Below the pieces are notes generated by a model. It worked only from the letters and a program-made list of their open reading frames with translations, was not told where the DNA came from and did no database searches. A stretch of DNA of 64,000 nt, from contig JBKHIT010000014.1 of NCBI GenBank assembly GCA_046538485.1, forward strand, positions 1-64,000, in the 5' to 3' direction. Positions 1 through 9,871 of the stretch are shown here, in pieces. How positions within the stretch are numbered: the first letter of the stretch is position 1; every line of letters starts with the position of its first letter. Source of the stretch: Candidatus Brocadiia bacterium. Its GTDB lineage: Bacteria > Planctomycetota > Brocadiia > SM23-32. The translations under genes and the position numbers were made by a program.

Positions 1-245
1 ACAAATTGCGGCTGGATTTAACTCTGTGCGCCAATAGCCGTAAAATCGAGGCTAGTGGTCCCTGACACTAGGCACTCGCAGACGAAAGGGCGAGCCCCGG
101 ATAAGCCAGGCCTAAACGCCGCCGCACCACATTTCGACTCTACTGAGCCTAAAAGAACAATTAATATAAACGGCAGTGCAGACAGATTTTGCACGGCATT
201 TCAGGCTACCTTAAATCCCTGGAATGTCCGGGCTAAGAAACGCAT

Positions 246-290
246 GTAGCACAGGCTCTCCAGCCTGTGGACCGGATCATCAGACCCGGA
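246..290 (+). repeat. REP-like family C copy (GTAG + CACAGGCT-CTCC-AGCCTGTG hairpin, then CCGG..TCAGACCCGG hairpin)
   Basis: GTAG tetranucleotide directly before a perfect 8-bp palindrome. The core recurs identically at 4995, 18718 and 34283-34306 (minus strand). Confidence 0.85.
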
Positions 291-405
291 TTGGTTGTGA
301 GGCCCCAAGTTTGAGGTCAGCCGCCGCCCCACCGCCTTCTGAACTCCAGCCCGCTCACTCACCTCCCGTTTAGCCCCGAAGGGGGACGTGATGTTGCCGG
401 GCAAA

Positions 406-425
406 CGTGGGCTGAAAGCCCACCT
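406..425. repeat. REP-like family H palindrome (GTGGGCT-GAA-AGCCCAC)
   Basis: Near-identical copy cgtgggctgaaggcccacct at 34058-34077. Confidence 0.65.
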
Positions 426-508
426 CATTGGCCTCTCCGGCGAATGAACAAAATGAACCCCGGGGAACGTTGAACGCCACATCAAAACAACCGGGTGAAC
501 GTATCCGA

Positions 509-886
509 CGCTGGACCTTCTGCGTCACCCCTTCGGGGTTTGGAAATTATGTGATGCGTGCGGGTCCCGGGGCTTGCCCGGACAACGGGCGCGCCCCGGG
601 CTATGTCTGCGATCGCCCCTTCTCAGGGGCTCAAATCATCACAGGGATGCTCAGGAAGTGGGCCGTGCAGAGCTGACCCGCTTGGGTAGACCAAAGGCCC
701 GGCAGGCAAAGCCCACGAAGTGGCCGATGCAGGGCTAGCGCGGTGCGCAATGAGCCCGTGAGGAGGAAGCCCACGAAGTGGGTGGTGCAGAGTTAGCCCG
801 GTGCGCGGTCGCGCCGTCGTTTGGCGCGCAAGCTCCGGGTCAGATCGGTGCCCCCAATACAAAAGCCCCCGAAGGGGGCGACGCAG
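509..886. repeat. 378-bp element A, copy 1 (MITE/REPIN-like, imperfect terminal inverted repeats)
   Basis: Matches 4141-4518 with about 3 mismatches by eye. The left end ctgcgtcacccc-ttcgggg is the near reverse complement of the right end ccccgaagggggcgacgcag. Confidence 0.92.
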
Positions 887-923
887 AGGTAGTCCCGGGT
901 GAACGCAGGGAACCCGGGGGGGA

Positions 924-1007
924 CTTCAGGGGTCATTGCGAGTCCATCCTGAGATGGGCGAAGCGATCTCGTCGTTTTGCTGGCCCAACAGCGAGATTGC
1001 CGCGGCG
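924..1007 (+). repeat. 84-bp repeat family F copy 1 (GTCATTGCGAG...GCRATCTC...GAGATTGCCGCG)
   Basis: Second copy of the same length at 30816-30899. Internal inverted repeat gcratctcg/cgagattgc. Confidence 0.85.
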
Positions 1008-1143
1008 TCCCACTCCTGCGCGAAGCGCTTTCGGTGCTTCTTATGTCAAATGGATGGGCCGTTTCGGCCTTTGGCCGAACGGCGAAACGGCCTCAAAACG
1101 ACGTGTGTAAGGGTTTCAGGGGGTTTTGATTTGCGGGGGGGTT

Positions 1144-1384
1144 CCGCCACACAAATCCGGGTCGTCAGACCCGGAGTCGTTGTCGTTTGCTGCGGAACGG
1201 AAAATGCGGCGGGGCCGACAATCGTATCAGAACCGGTTCGTGCTTGAACCCCGCCGGCGGAGCCGGCTGTGGAGTGCGGCGATTCTTCGCCGCTGTGCCA
1301 CTGTTTTTCGTCGTCTTGCAGCGAGCCCCGCCGGCCTGTGCACCGCGTTCTGGACTCCAGCCCCGGCTGAAGTCCAGTCCGCTC
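1144..1384 (+). repeat. 241-bp element D, copy 1 (contains a GGAGTGCGGCGA..TCGCCGC REP and ends in a family B REP)
   Basis: Near-identical to 4683-4924. Confidence 0.92.
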
Positions 1385-1501
1385 GTGTCTCACGCAAGCG
1401 GGATGGAATCCGGGGCCAAGGACACCAGAATTGTGCAAGGAAGCCGGTTCATGTTGAGGCTCTCCTGGGATCCACACGCCTCCTATCCCGTCCCCGGAAG
1501 C
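1384..1501 (+). repeat. Repeat family G copy (GGGAYGGRAT...ATCCCGTCCC bounded element)
   Basis: Similar to 14201-14319. Diverged copies at about 5186-5270 and 18487-18587. Confidence 0.75.
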
Positions 1502-1522
1502 CGGGGAATCCCCGGATGCCCT

Positions 1523-4066
1523 TTACCGGTAATGGACCGACAGCACATCCACTGTTTTGAGGGGTATCTTTACCTGGATAAGACCGTCGTGGGCGCGGCT
1601 GAAACTGATTTTTCCTTGCACAGCGCTTTCCACTTTTGTGACAGGTTGGGTGACCCTTATGCGAAGTTGCAGCGGATCTACCGGATTGTTCGTCCAATTC
1701 AGGAGTGTCACCGCGAGCCCTTTTTCGCAGGCGAGGACGGGCGTTTCGATCATTTTGTGGTCCGCCAGAACCGGCTTTTTCACCCCGGCCTTTCGAACAG
1801 GCAGTGTGATGATATCGCGGGCCGGCGTGGTAAATCCGGACAGGAATTTGCCGCGGCCCCCACGGGCGCTTCTGCGATACGAGAGCCCGGGCAGAAAGCT
1901 GTAGTGAAAAGCGTTCCCTCGGGCGATCGTGTTCACCGTTAACGCGGGAGCGCCGTCATCAAAGCTGGCGAGAGTTTTCGCTCCCCGGGTCTGAATTTTG
2001 CTGCGAGGGCCGTAGACGCTGACCTGGCCTTCCACGGTGCCTGTTTTTTTGAGTGAATTAAGCGAGCGGAGGATACGTCGTTTGCGCGAGGATTCAACCA
2101 CGCCTCGAATTTCATTCAATATATCCGTCGGCTGATTGTAACGATCCGCCGATGCGGCGGCGGAAGTTGTCACCAGCGTGCCGCCGTGTTTGACCCAATT
2201 ACATAACTGTTTCTGCGCTTCGGCAGGGACGTTTGGTTCGACGACGTAGATGACTTCGAGATGGTTGATCGAACCCCAGGTCAACTGTTTTTCGCTGATA
2301 AATTCAACGGGTATCTGGCTGTGCATAAGGGCGAGGTAGATGTCGAATAGCTCCGCCGTATATTCCGAGCACCGAGCGTTCATGTGGGTGTTTGTGGCGT
2401 CGACGATACCGTCGGGTTTTTCGGCGTCGAACTGATCCCACATCTCCGAACTGAGATGATGCAGCAGACCGACACGGCGTGGCAGGGGCCTTCCTGCGTG
2501 CAGTAATTCTTCGCCGCGGCCGATCAGACGAGCTGCCCGGGCCAATCCAGAAAAGACGCGCGTGTTTTGCGAATAGCAATTCCCCGGAAAGTTATATTCC
2601 GGTCCGAACGTGAAGAATTTGATTCTCCGCGCGCCATGACCTATCAGTGACATAATTTTGTAGACGACGCCGTCTTCCATCTGTCCGGCTACCCGAGGTA
2701 CGACGTAGCCGCCGAATTCTCCGGTGGTGGAGGCGGAGTAAAGTTTTTCGCTGTAGTAGGACCACTGGAAGGCGCGTTCATCGCCAAACCAGTCTTCCGT
2801 CCAGGGGCAGTCGGTTCCACCCAGCCGGCAGAACTCGAACCAATCATGGCCGGCCATAGCAGCGTCGGGACTGTCCTTGTCGGGATTATTGCCGAAGGGA
2901 CCGGGGAAATAAGATCGTCCCGAGAAAAAGTTCCAGTTGACAACGGAAGGCAAATCGTCGTGGAAGGCCAGTTTCATGGCGCGATTGCATTTTGCGAAAT
3001 GTCGCGCGGATTCATGCGGGAAGAAACGTTGCGACCAGTAGAAAAGTTTTCGCTCCGGCAGGGATTCCGCCTGAGTGCGACCGATGGCTTTAATCTGGTC
3101 CCAGGAATCGGCTCCAAAATCGGCAGGACTGAGCCCGCGATCACGCAGGTAACCGTGGAACCGGGCCAGGAGACGTGGGTTGTTGTTAACTTTTGCGTAA
3201 GTCGACGGGTAGTAGAACCCCGGTTCGTCGGAGATGATGTACATGTCGAAATCGCGGGGGGCAAATCCCGCGCGGGCGTGCTGGCGGCTCAATTTTCGGG
3301 CCCATTTTCTGATGGCCAGGGTATTTGTTTTCGGCCCTCCGAAGTCGAACGCGTATCCTGGAGGGGCATAGACGGCCCAGGTGAACCTGTCGAAACCTGT
3401 TTCGCGAGCGAGTTCACGGTAGCGTTTTCTGGGACCCACCATCAGCACGTTCATCCCCAGTTTTTTGAGCCCTGCAAAACCTTCGCGGACGGCGATTAGA
3501 TCATCGTCGCCGGTTATGAACCGGTCGCAAAGTGCGATTTTTTTGGGTATGGGACCTTTCAAATTGAGTTTGTCAAGGACTGACCAGTAGCGATCGCGGT
3601 TGTAGGAGCTGAGGGTGGCTACGTGCGGCTTGCCATCGCTGTTTCGCCAAATGGCGAGTCCGAGCCGGTGACCGATAAGCTCAGCTTTCGAGGAGTGCGT
3701 TTCTTCGCCGATTTGGGCTTCGATGTTTAGCTGGAGTCGTTCCGGGACGGGACGCAGGGAGAACATCATGCGCACCGGCCAGCCCCGCGAATAGCTGTTG
3801 GGATATCGTTTAAGTTGTTCGAGTATCTCTTTCTTCTCGATTTTCAGCCAGTCGCTCCACTGACCGTTGGTGGCAGAAATCTTTTTCTTCGATCGCCCCG
3901 GGCTCAGAGTGTACTTCTCCGCGGTCTTATCGTCGACGGCCCGAGGGTTGAATCTGATTTTGAAAGCGGGGACTTTCTCGGCCGGCACCCCGGCAAAGGC
4001 GGCAGCGGTGAAGGCGAGCATAACGACAAAACTCAGACGTCTGATGGTTTGGGATATGCGATCCAT
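1523..4066 (-). CDS. Secreted GH42-like glycoside hydrolase with beta-galactosidase trimerisation (class I GATase-like) domain
   Basis: 850-aa ORF from GTG 4075; ATG 4066 is preferred because GAGGTG lies 6 nt upstream. Signal peptide ...TAAAFA. Motifs ISDEP and PWTEDW. C-terminal WVKHGGTLV trimerisation-like segment. Confidence 0.7.
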   Translation of the reverse strand: MDRISQTIRRLSFVVMLAFTAAAFAGVPAEKVPAFKIRFNPRAVDDKTAEKYTLSPGRSKKKISATNGQWSDWLKIEKKEILEQLKRYPNSYSRGWPVRMMFSLRPVPERLQLNIEAQIGEETHSSKAELIGHRLGLAIWRNSDGKPHVATLSSYNRDRYWSVLDKLNLKGPIPKKIALCDRFITGDDDLIAVREGFAGLKKLGMNVLMVGPRKRYRELARETGFDRFTWAVYAPPGYAFDFGGPKTNTLAIRKWARKLSRQHARAGFAPRDFDMYIISDEPGFYYPSTYAKVNNNPRLLARFHGYLRDRGLSPADFGADSWDQIKAIGRTQAESLPERKLFYWSQRFFPHESARHFAKCNRAMKLAFHDDLPSVVNWNFFSGRSYFPGPFGNNPDKDSPDAAMAGHDWFEFCRLGGTDCPWTEDWFGDERAFQWSYYSEKLYSASTTGEFGGYVVPRVAGQMEDGVVYKIMSLIGHGARRIKFFTFGPEYNFPGNCYSQNTRVFSGLARAARLIGRGEELLHAGRPLPRRVGLLHHLSSEMWDQFDAEKPDGIVDATNTHMNARCSEYTAELFDIYLALMHSQIPVEFISEKQLTWGSINHLEVIYVVEPNVPAEAQKQLCNWVKHGGTLVTTSAAASADRYNQPTDILNEIRGVVESSRKRRILRSLNSLKKTGTVEGQVSVYGPRSKIQTRGAKTLASFDDGAPALTVNTIARGNAFHYSFLPGLSYRRSARGGRGKFLSGFTTPARDIITLPVRKAGVKKPVLADHKMIETPVLACEKGLAVTLLNWTNNPVDPLQLRIRVTQPVTKVESAVQGKISFSRAHDGLIQVKIPLKTVDVLSVHYR

Positions 4067-4140
4067 GGTTTTCACCTCGAAAAATAGGTCTGATGATGTT
4101 ATTTGATTTCCTGAGAAAATGAAAGCGGTGCTGCGTTCGG

Positions 4141-4518
4141 CGCTGGACCTTTTTCGTCACCCCTTCGGGGTTTGGAAATTATGTGACGCGTGCGGGTCCC
4201 GGGGCTTGCCCGGACAACGGGCGCGCCCCGGGCTATGTCTGCGATCGCCCCTTCTCAGGGGCTCAAATCATCACAGGGATGCTCAGGAAGTGGGCCGTGC
4301 AGAGCTGACCCGCTTGGGTAGACCAAAGGCCCGGCAGGCAAAGCCCACGAAGTGGCCGATGCAGGGCTAGCGCGGTGCGCAATGAGCCCGTGAGGAGGAA
4401 GCCCACGAAGTGGGTGGTGCAGAGTTAGCCCGGTGCGCGGTCGCGCCGTCGTTTGGCGCGCAAGCTCCGGGTCAGATCGGTGCCCCCAATACAAAAGCCC
4501 CCGAAGGGGGCGACGCAG
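4141..4518. repeat. 378-bp element A, copy 2
   Basis: Direct repeat of 509-886. Confidence 0.92.
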
Positions 4519-4682
4519 CCCCCCGCGCAACCCTAATGCATAGGGTACATTGTGTCATTTACACAACAGGATAACTGTAGGAGTGCGGTGAGAAGCCCGC
4601 CATCAGGCGGGCGGAGCACCGCTTTTCATTTGTTCTTCTCGGGAGCGGACGGGAGGTGAGAACGCCGTCTGATCACAAACCG

Positions 4683-4924
4683 CCGCCACACAAATCCGAG
4701 TCCTCAGACCCGGAGTCGTTGTCGTTTGCTGCGGAACGGAAAATGCGGCGGGGCCGACAATCGTATCAGAACCGGTTCGTGCTTGAACCCCGCCGGCGGA
4801 GCCGGCTGTGGAGTGCGGCGATTCTTCGCCGCTGTGCCACTGTTTTTCGTCGTCTTGCAGCGAGCCCCGCCGGCTTGTGCATCGCGTTCTGAACTCCAGC
4901 CTCCGGCTGAAGTCCAGTCCGCTC
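4683..4924 (+). repeat. Element D, copy 2 (ends in a family B REP at 4883-4924)
   Basis: Direct repeat of 1144-1384. Confidence 0.92.
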
Positions 4925-4994
4925 AATCGTCTTCACCTGCGGTACAGGGCCGCGGGGGGCGGAAGCCAGGAGTGAGAACGATTCAGAAACGCAT

Positions 4995-5270
4995 GTAGCA
5001 CAGGCTCTCCAGCCTGTGAACCGGGTCGTCAGACCCGGAATCGTTCCGCCGGCGGGCGAAGGGGGACTTGAGGCGGGCAATGTCTGAGATACATGAAGCT
5101 GCGGGGATATTCTGCCAAATTGTGCCGCGTTCTGAACTCCAGCCTCCGGCTGAAGTCCAGTCCGCTCATTTTTTGGCTATCGGCGGATGGGATGCGGGGC
5201 AGCGACATCGATTCTGTGTCTTCTGCAGGACAACTTGGATGTTCGGGCCCGTTATCCTGTCATCGGGAGC
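4995..5270 (+). repeat. Repeat mosaic: C (4995-5039), partial E (5044-5090), B (5126-5167), G-like (5186-5270)
   Basis: Each module matches copies elsewhere in the window. Confidence 0.8.
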
Positions 5271-5292
5271 TTCGGGTGGTCCTGCTCATTTC

Positions 5293-6573
5293 TCACTGAA
5301 GCTGTTCGGGCGGTATTCTCAGCAGCGTATAGGGATAGAGGATCGTGACGTATGCCGTTCCGTCATGGGCGATGATCAGCCCCATGTGGTTGTAGAGCGG
5401 CGTGAGTGTCCCGTCGGGAAGACGGTGGAATCCATGGCTCCAGGGCGGTTTGCGATCGTTGAGTTTCTCCCCGAAATCGAAGAAATCCGGGTTCCGCACC
5501 GCCAGCACGCCCAGGTCTTCGATTTTACCGGTTTTCGGATCATACCGTGCAAGATGATGCAGACAGCGTTTACCAAAACCGGTGTCGTTGTTGACCCGCA
5601 CCACCCCGTAGACGCGTCCTTTGGGGCCGAGGTCGAGAGCACTACGGGAATCGGGTTTTTTGCCTTCCACCATTGTTCCCAGTCGGGTGGCTTTCACCAC
5701 CGGACCTTTGCTCATCAGGTCGATCTCGATGAGCCGCGCGTCGTTCATCAGGATGAGATACGCTTTGCGGCGATCTGGGGACAGACGCCAGGTCGGGATG
5801 GACGCGCGGTTCGCCCGCGTGAAACGTTTCCCGTCGACCATGATGTCGCGGATAATGATGCGTCGGGTATCGGGTTCGTATTGCGCGAGTTGAAAACCGA
5901 CGGTGATGGCGTTGGCGCGCCCGCGGCTGTCGACGAGAGTTGTTGCATACGGCGTGAGAACCGGACCGAGTTCACGGTAGTTTTTGCCCTCAATGTCGCC
6001 CAGCATCCAGTGTTGTTCCTCGCATGTGACCACGTAGAGCAGTCCGCGTTTTTCATCGGCCACCACATCGATGACGCCCTGACCGGGGTAGGGCATCCCC
6101 AGACACGCCGCGAAATCCTTTTTCGGATCGTAACGCATGACGTAGCCGCCGGGATACTTGCTGGTGTCGCCTTTTTGCCGATACCCCTGTTTTGAGCCGA
6201 CGTAGATGGTGCCGGAACGTCCCACATAATTTCGGGTGTGGATTTTTGCCTGGGCGGCGTAGCCGCTGGCGTCCAGGTCGCAGACTTTGTGGGTATCGAT
6301 GACCACTCTCTGTTTTTCGGTGGTGGGATCAAATTCAACCAGAAAAGCATTCTCGTTGTATTTCGCGGTGCCGACGTAGATTTTCCCGTTTTTGCCTTCG
6401 CAGAGGGAAAAGTAGCCCGATTCATCGCTCGTGGTCCGGGGGAGGATGTGGTAAGCCTTGCCTTCAACGTAGTCGAAGGGCGGCTCAGCTTTCTTCCCGG
6501 CGGCCGAGATGCGGGGTCCGGCAATGAGCGCAAGCACAAAACAGGCTACCAGCAGGCGGTGCCATGTTCTCAT
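5293..6573 (-). CDS. Secreted beta-propeller protein, function unknown
   Basis: 426 aa with a signal peptide. Repeated blade motifs: GKIYVGT..LVEFDP, GTIYVGS..MRYDP, GRVYG..ARYDPKTGK. Confidence 0.7.
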   Translation of the reverse strand: MRTWHRLLVACFVLALIAGPRISAAGKKAEPPFDYVEGKAYHILPRTTSDESGYFSLCEGKNGKIYVGTAKYNENAFLVEFDPTTEKQRVVIDTHKVCDLDASGYAAQAKIHTRNYVGRSGTIYVGSKQGYRQKGDTSKYPGGYVMRYDPKKDFAACLGMPYPGQGVIDVVADEKRGLLYVVTCEEQHWMLGDIEGKNYRELGPVLTPYATTLVDSRGRANAITVGFQLAQYEPDTRRIIIRDIMVDGKRFTRANRASIPTWRLSPDRRKAYLILMNDARLIEIDLMSKGPVVKATRLGTMVEGKKPDSRSALDLGPKGRVYGVVRVNNDTGFGKRCLHHLARYDPKTGKIEDLGVLAVRNPDFFDFGEKLNDRKPPWSHGFHRLPDGTLTPLYNHMGLIIAHDGTAYVTILYPYTLLRIPPEQLQ

Positions 6574-6577
6574 AGCT

Positions 6578-9500
6578 TCAATCCTTTCGGAATATGAGCG
6601 CGTCGGCTACGTCGAGAGGGAAGGTGAAGACCAGTGCACCTTCTTCCTCGACCTTTCCCGGCGGGAGTTCGCGGCCGCTGGCAAGAGTCGCATCGGCGTC
6701 TTCCGGCAGGAGATCTTTCCGAATTGTTACGGTCAATTGTTTGATGGGGTCGGGTCGCCAGTTGACCAGCGGAACCAGCACGCCGTGTTTGGATTCGATG
6801 ATACGGCTTTCCACCAGAGGATCCGAGCATGTGACGGGCCGGGGGATCGGTTGCGCCGCTTCTTCGAATAATTTGGTGGCGGCGGGGTTGAAATCGGTCG
6901 GGAGGAAATGGGTCATCATATCGGGACTCGCCCCGCGGTCTACGGGCCGTTTCGGGATGGCTCCTTTGAAGTAGCTGAGACCCGGCAAGAAGGCGCAGTA
7001 AACGGCCGTCCCCTGCCCGACGTTACGGGATGTCATCGCGGCGGAACCGTCTTTGAAAGTAGCGTCCACCTCCGCATCGGCGGGATCGATTCGGCTTCGG
7101 ACGGCGATGACGGGGATATTTTCTTCGGTGTCAGGCCATTTGACGGAATCGATGGGATCTGCGAAGGGCATATCCTGCTTGATGAATCTCATCTGGCCGG
7201 ATATGTCGAGTTTTTTCTGTTTCACGCCCAGCAGTTTTTGCATGACCGTGTTGGGCTGGTTGAACTCATCGAACATACCGGCGCCGGCGGTTGCCATGAG
7301 CAAGCCGCCGTCTTCGACCCAATCCGCAATGGCTTCACTGGCGCGGCGGCTGACGTGGCGGTCGGCCAGAAAGAGCAATTTGTAGTTTTCAAGATCGCTG
7401 GCGAGGACGTCCTCCTCAATGACAAAATCCAGGGGGAGTTGCTGGTGGAGGATGGCGATGTAGAGCGCCCGTTTGGCCGCAGCAAAAGGACCGGCGTTAT
7501 CATGCCAGATGTCGCTTACTTCGCTGAACCAGAGCGCCGTGTTGCCGGGCCGCGGGCGGCCGTCCTGGATGATATCCTCGAACGTGCCGAGTTCGTGGAA
7601 AGCCGTGCGGAGTTCCTGATACATCGGGATGTTATTCACATAATTCTCGGTGTAGGCAAAAGCCAGTGGACGCAGCTCGAAAAGGTTGACGATCTGCATG
7701 CCGTGCATGACGTCGCCGTAGAACTGTCGCCGCCAGTTATCGCGCGTATTGCCCGGCCGGTGGGCCATGACGTAATAGTGTATTTTCGCCTCGGGGTTGC
7801 CTTTCAGGCCGGCGCGGAAGAGGTCGAGGTTGATGAAATTAATCTGGATCGTGCCGACGGGCACCTGCCAGATGTAATCTTCGCTCCAGGGCATGGTCAT
7901 GCCGCCTTCGCGGAAGATTTTGACCCATTTATGTACTTCGCCGAGATAGTGATAGCCGTGATGCGGGGAATAATTGGCCCCGACCCGCACGTTCGGCAGA
8001 TTTTGCGTGAGAATCTGAGTGCGTTTTTTAAGCTGTTCGATGCCCCAGGCGTGTTTGAATCTGACCGACCAGCAGTAGAGGCCCGGATGTGTTTCGGCGG
8101 TTTTCTTGCCGGCCGAGTATGTGATTTTATTCCAATCGTTCCCGGCATCTTCCATGACATCGGAGGGCTTCAGCCCTTCTTCTTTGAGCCAGGCCCGGAA
8201 ATTTTCGTTGGCATTCCGGCGCGGGCGGGGCAGCCCGATTTCGTCGCCGAGACTGATGGTGGCCATACTTTTCGCGCGGCCCTGTTCTTTCAGTTTGTCG
8301 CAGAATTCTTTCAGCTGTTTGTTGTTTTTGCCGCGTACATCCGTGTAACCGTTCGGGATTTTAACATCGAGCCCCAGATCGGTGCCCTTATGGGTCAGCC
8401 CCGTCAGAGCCATCATGTGCATGAACTTCTTGCGCGCAGCCGAATATTTTTTGTCCCCTTTCCTGGCGGGGAAGGTGTAGCAGTAGATGAGCGTGTGTTG
8501 CGGAGCTTTTCCCGAGACGGGGTGTTTTTCGAGGTAATCCACGAGTTCATAGAGCACCGAGTCCTGGTATCGGATGCGCTGGCTGTAACGGGTATGGCCG
8601 TCGTAGAAAAGCCGCAGGTCGTTGGATCGTGACTCGAAAGTTCGGATCGGCCGAATTTTGCCATCGGCGCCTCGCAGACCGAACTCCACGCGGTAGTGCA
8701 GGGGTTGGCCCTTTTCGGGAGGGCGGGCCTTGAGCGTCCACTGGCCGCTGTTGAGTGTGTCGAGCAGGCTTCCGACTTCGACCCAATCTGATGTCTTTCC
8801 CGGCTGGGTTTTGACGGTTTTCGGTTTCCAGTTTCGCATGTGGACCCAGTAGGGGGAGTGTTCTTTTCCGTGATCGATCTTGAGGGCGAGGGGGGCGCTG
8901 TCTTTCTCGCCGTGGAGGCGCAGATGGAGATCGCCAGCTTGCGTGAGCATGCCGTCAAGGGGGAGATACCGCTCTTTTTTGAGTCTTTTTTGGACTTCTT
9001 CAAGGTCGGACGTGAGCATCACGACATCGACGTTACGTCGTCCGGCGGGTTCGGGCTGGCGGGAGGCGATGAGTTCGATGCGGGCGGTGCCTTTTTTCAG
9101 TTCGACGTAGGCATCGTGTCCTTCCCAGACGATATTTTCGCAGGCGCCCCAGCTCCAGGCGATCATTTTCTTGAGTCCGCGGTTGAAAGGCCAGATTTTC
9201 AGGTTGTCGAGGGAGCCGTAGGTCCGATTCAGGACCGTTTTTCCGTTTTGGGAGATGCGGAGGGTGAATTGTGCCTGGAACCGGTAAGGCGCTTCGTATC
9301 GCACCAGAGCGAGGTAGCGGCCGTCTTCGGGTATTTGGGCCTGGATCGTGGCGGTATTTTCTTCGCATTGGGGGGGAGCGCCGAGATAGGCCTGTCGGCT
9401 GAGGAAAGCGTTGGCAAACGTGGCACAGTAGTAATTTGTGCCCCAGTTGCGCGCCTGCCAACCTTCAGCTTCCGTCTCAAATTCCTCTGCCTCGCAGAGA

Positions 9501-9664
9501 ATGGTTTCTTTCGAGATTGGTTGAACAGGTTGTCCGGGTTTGCGATATGCTTTTGCCCCGGCTGCTGGTTCGCTGGCGGGGTGTGCAGATATGCATGCGA
9601 TAACAAACATCAGAGTCCAGACAACCAGGCTAACTGTTTTAATTCGTTCGGCCGCGATCAGCAT
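6578..9664 (-). CDS. Secreted GH42-like glycoside hydrolase with N-terminal CBM-like module and trimerisation domain
   Basis: 1044-aa ORF from 9712; ATG 9664 is preceded by GGAGG. N-terminal CEAEEF (CBM6/35-like). Motifs LGDEI and PWSEDY parallel those of the 1523-4066 protein. WVEDGGLL segment. Confidence 0.7.
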   Translation of the reverse strand: MLIAAERIKTVSLVVWTLMFVIACISAHPASEPAAGAKAYRKPGQPVQPISKETILCEAEEFETEAEGWQARNWGTNYYCATFANAFLSRQAYLGAPPQCEENTATIQAQIPEDGRYLALVRYEAPYRFQAQFTLRISQNGKTVLNRTYGSLDNLKIWPFNRGLKKMIAWSWGACENIVWEGHDAYVELKKGTARIELIASRQPEPAGRRNVDVVMLTSDLEEVQKRLKKERYLPLDGMLTQAGDLHLRLHGEKDSAPLALKIDHGKEHSPYWVHMRNWKPKTVKTQPGKTSDWVEVGSLLDTLNSGQWTLKARPPEKGQPLHYRVEFGLRGADGKIRPIRTFESRSNDLRLFYDGHTRYSQRIRYQDSVLYELVDYLEKHPVSGKAPQHTLIYCYTFPARKGDKKYSAARKKFMHMMALTGLTHKGTDLGLDVKIPNGYTDVRGKNNKQLKEFCDKLKEQGRAKSMATISLGDEIGLPRPRRNANENFRAWLKEEGLKPSDVMEDAGNDWNKITYSAGKKTAETHPGLYCWSVRFKHAWGIEQLKKRTQILTQNLPNVRVGANYSPHHGYHYLGEVHKWVKIFREGGMTMPWSEDYIWQVPVGTIQINFINLDLFRAGLKGNPEAKIHYYVMAHRPGNTRDNWRRQFYGDVMHGMQIVNLFELRPLAFAYTENYVNNIPMYQELRTAFHELGTFEDIIQDGRPRPGNTALWFSEVSDIWHDNAGPFAAAKRALYIAILHQQLPLDFVIEEDVLASDLENYKLLFLADRHVSRRASEAIADWVEDGGLLMATAGAGMFDEFNQPNTVMQKLLGVKQKKLDISGQMRFIKQDMPFADPIDSVKWPDTEENIPVIAVRSRIDPADAEVDATFKDGSAAMTSRNVGQGTAVYCAFLPGLSYFKGAIPKRPVDRGASPDMMTHFLPTDFNPAATKLFEEAAQPIPRPVTCSDPLVESRIIESKHGVLVPLVNWRPDPIKQLTVTIRKDLLPEDADATLASGRELPPGKVEEEGALVFTFPLDVADALIFRKD

Positions 9665-9871
9665 AGGTCCAGCACCTCCTCTGGTGGTGAAACAGCTCGT
9701 TTTTATCACCAATGCTCCAGGTAACTTGATCTGTGGAATGTTACCTGTATTTTAGAGGTGGATTTGTGAATTAACAACAGTGCGCCGGACAAAATGGCAT
9801 GTTAGAACGCCTGTGAAAAGTGCAATGAACTATTTTGTTTCCGGACTTGTGATCACGTTTGGTAGAGAGGC

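Noticed and set aside
52..115. Riboswitch or ribozyme in hairpins CTAGTG..CACTAG and CTCGC..GCGAG
   Set aside because: The stems are short, no known riboswitch consensus was recognised, and upstream context is cut off by the window edge.
55..1560. Short ORFs in the repeat-rich intergenic regions (also 4119-5299, 13775-14359, 18302-18852)
   Set aside because: They are translations of GC-rich repeats, duplicated verbatim between copies, with no recognisable domain.
6908..8632. Long antisense ORFs (also 5068-6195, 15000-16415, 36984-38378, 43540-45018, 45232-46743, 49806-50990, 57368-59092)
   Set aside because: They are shadow frames opposite well-supported genes, as expected at high GC.
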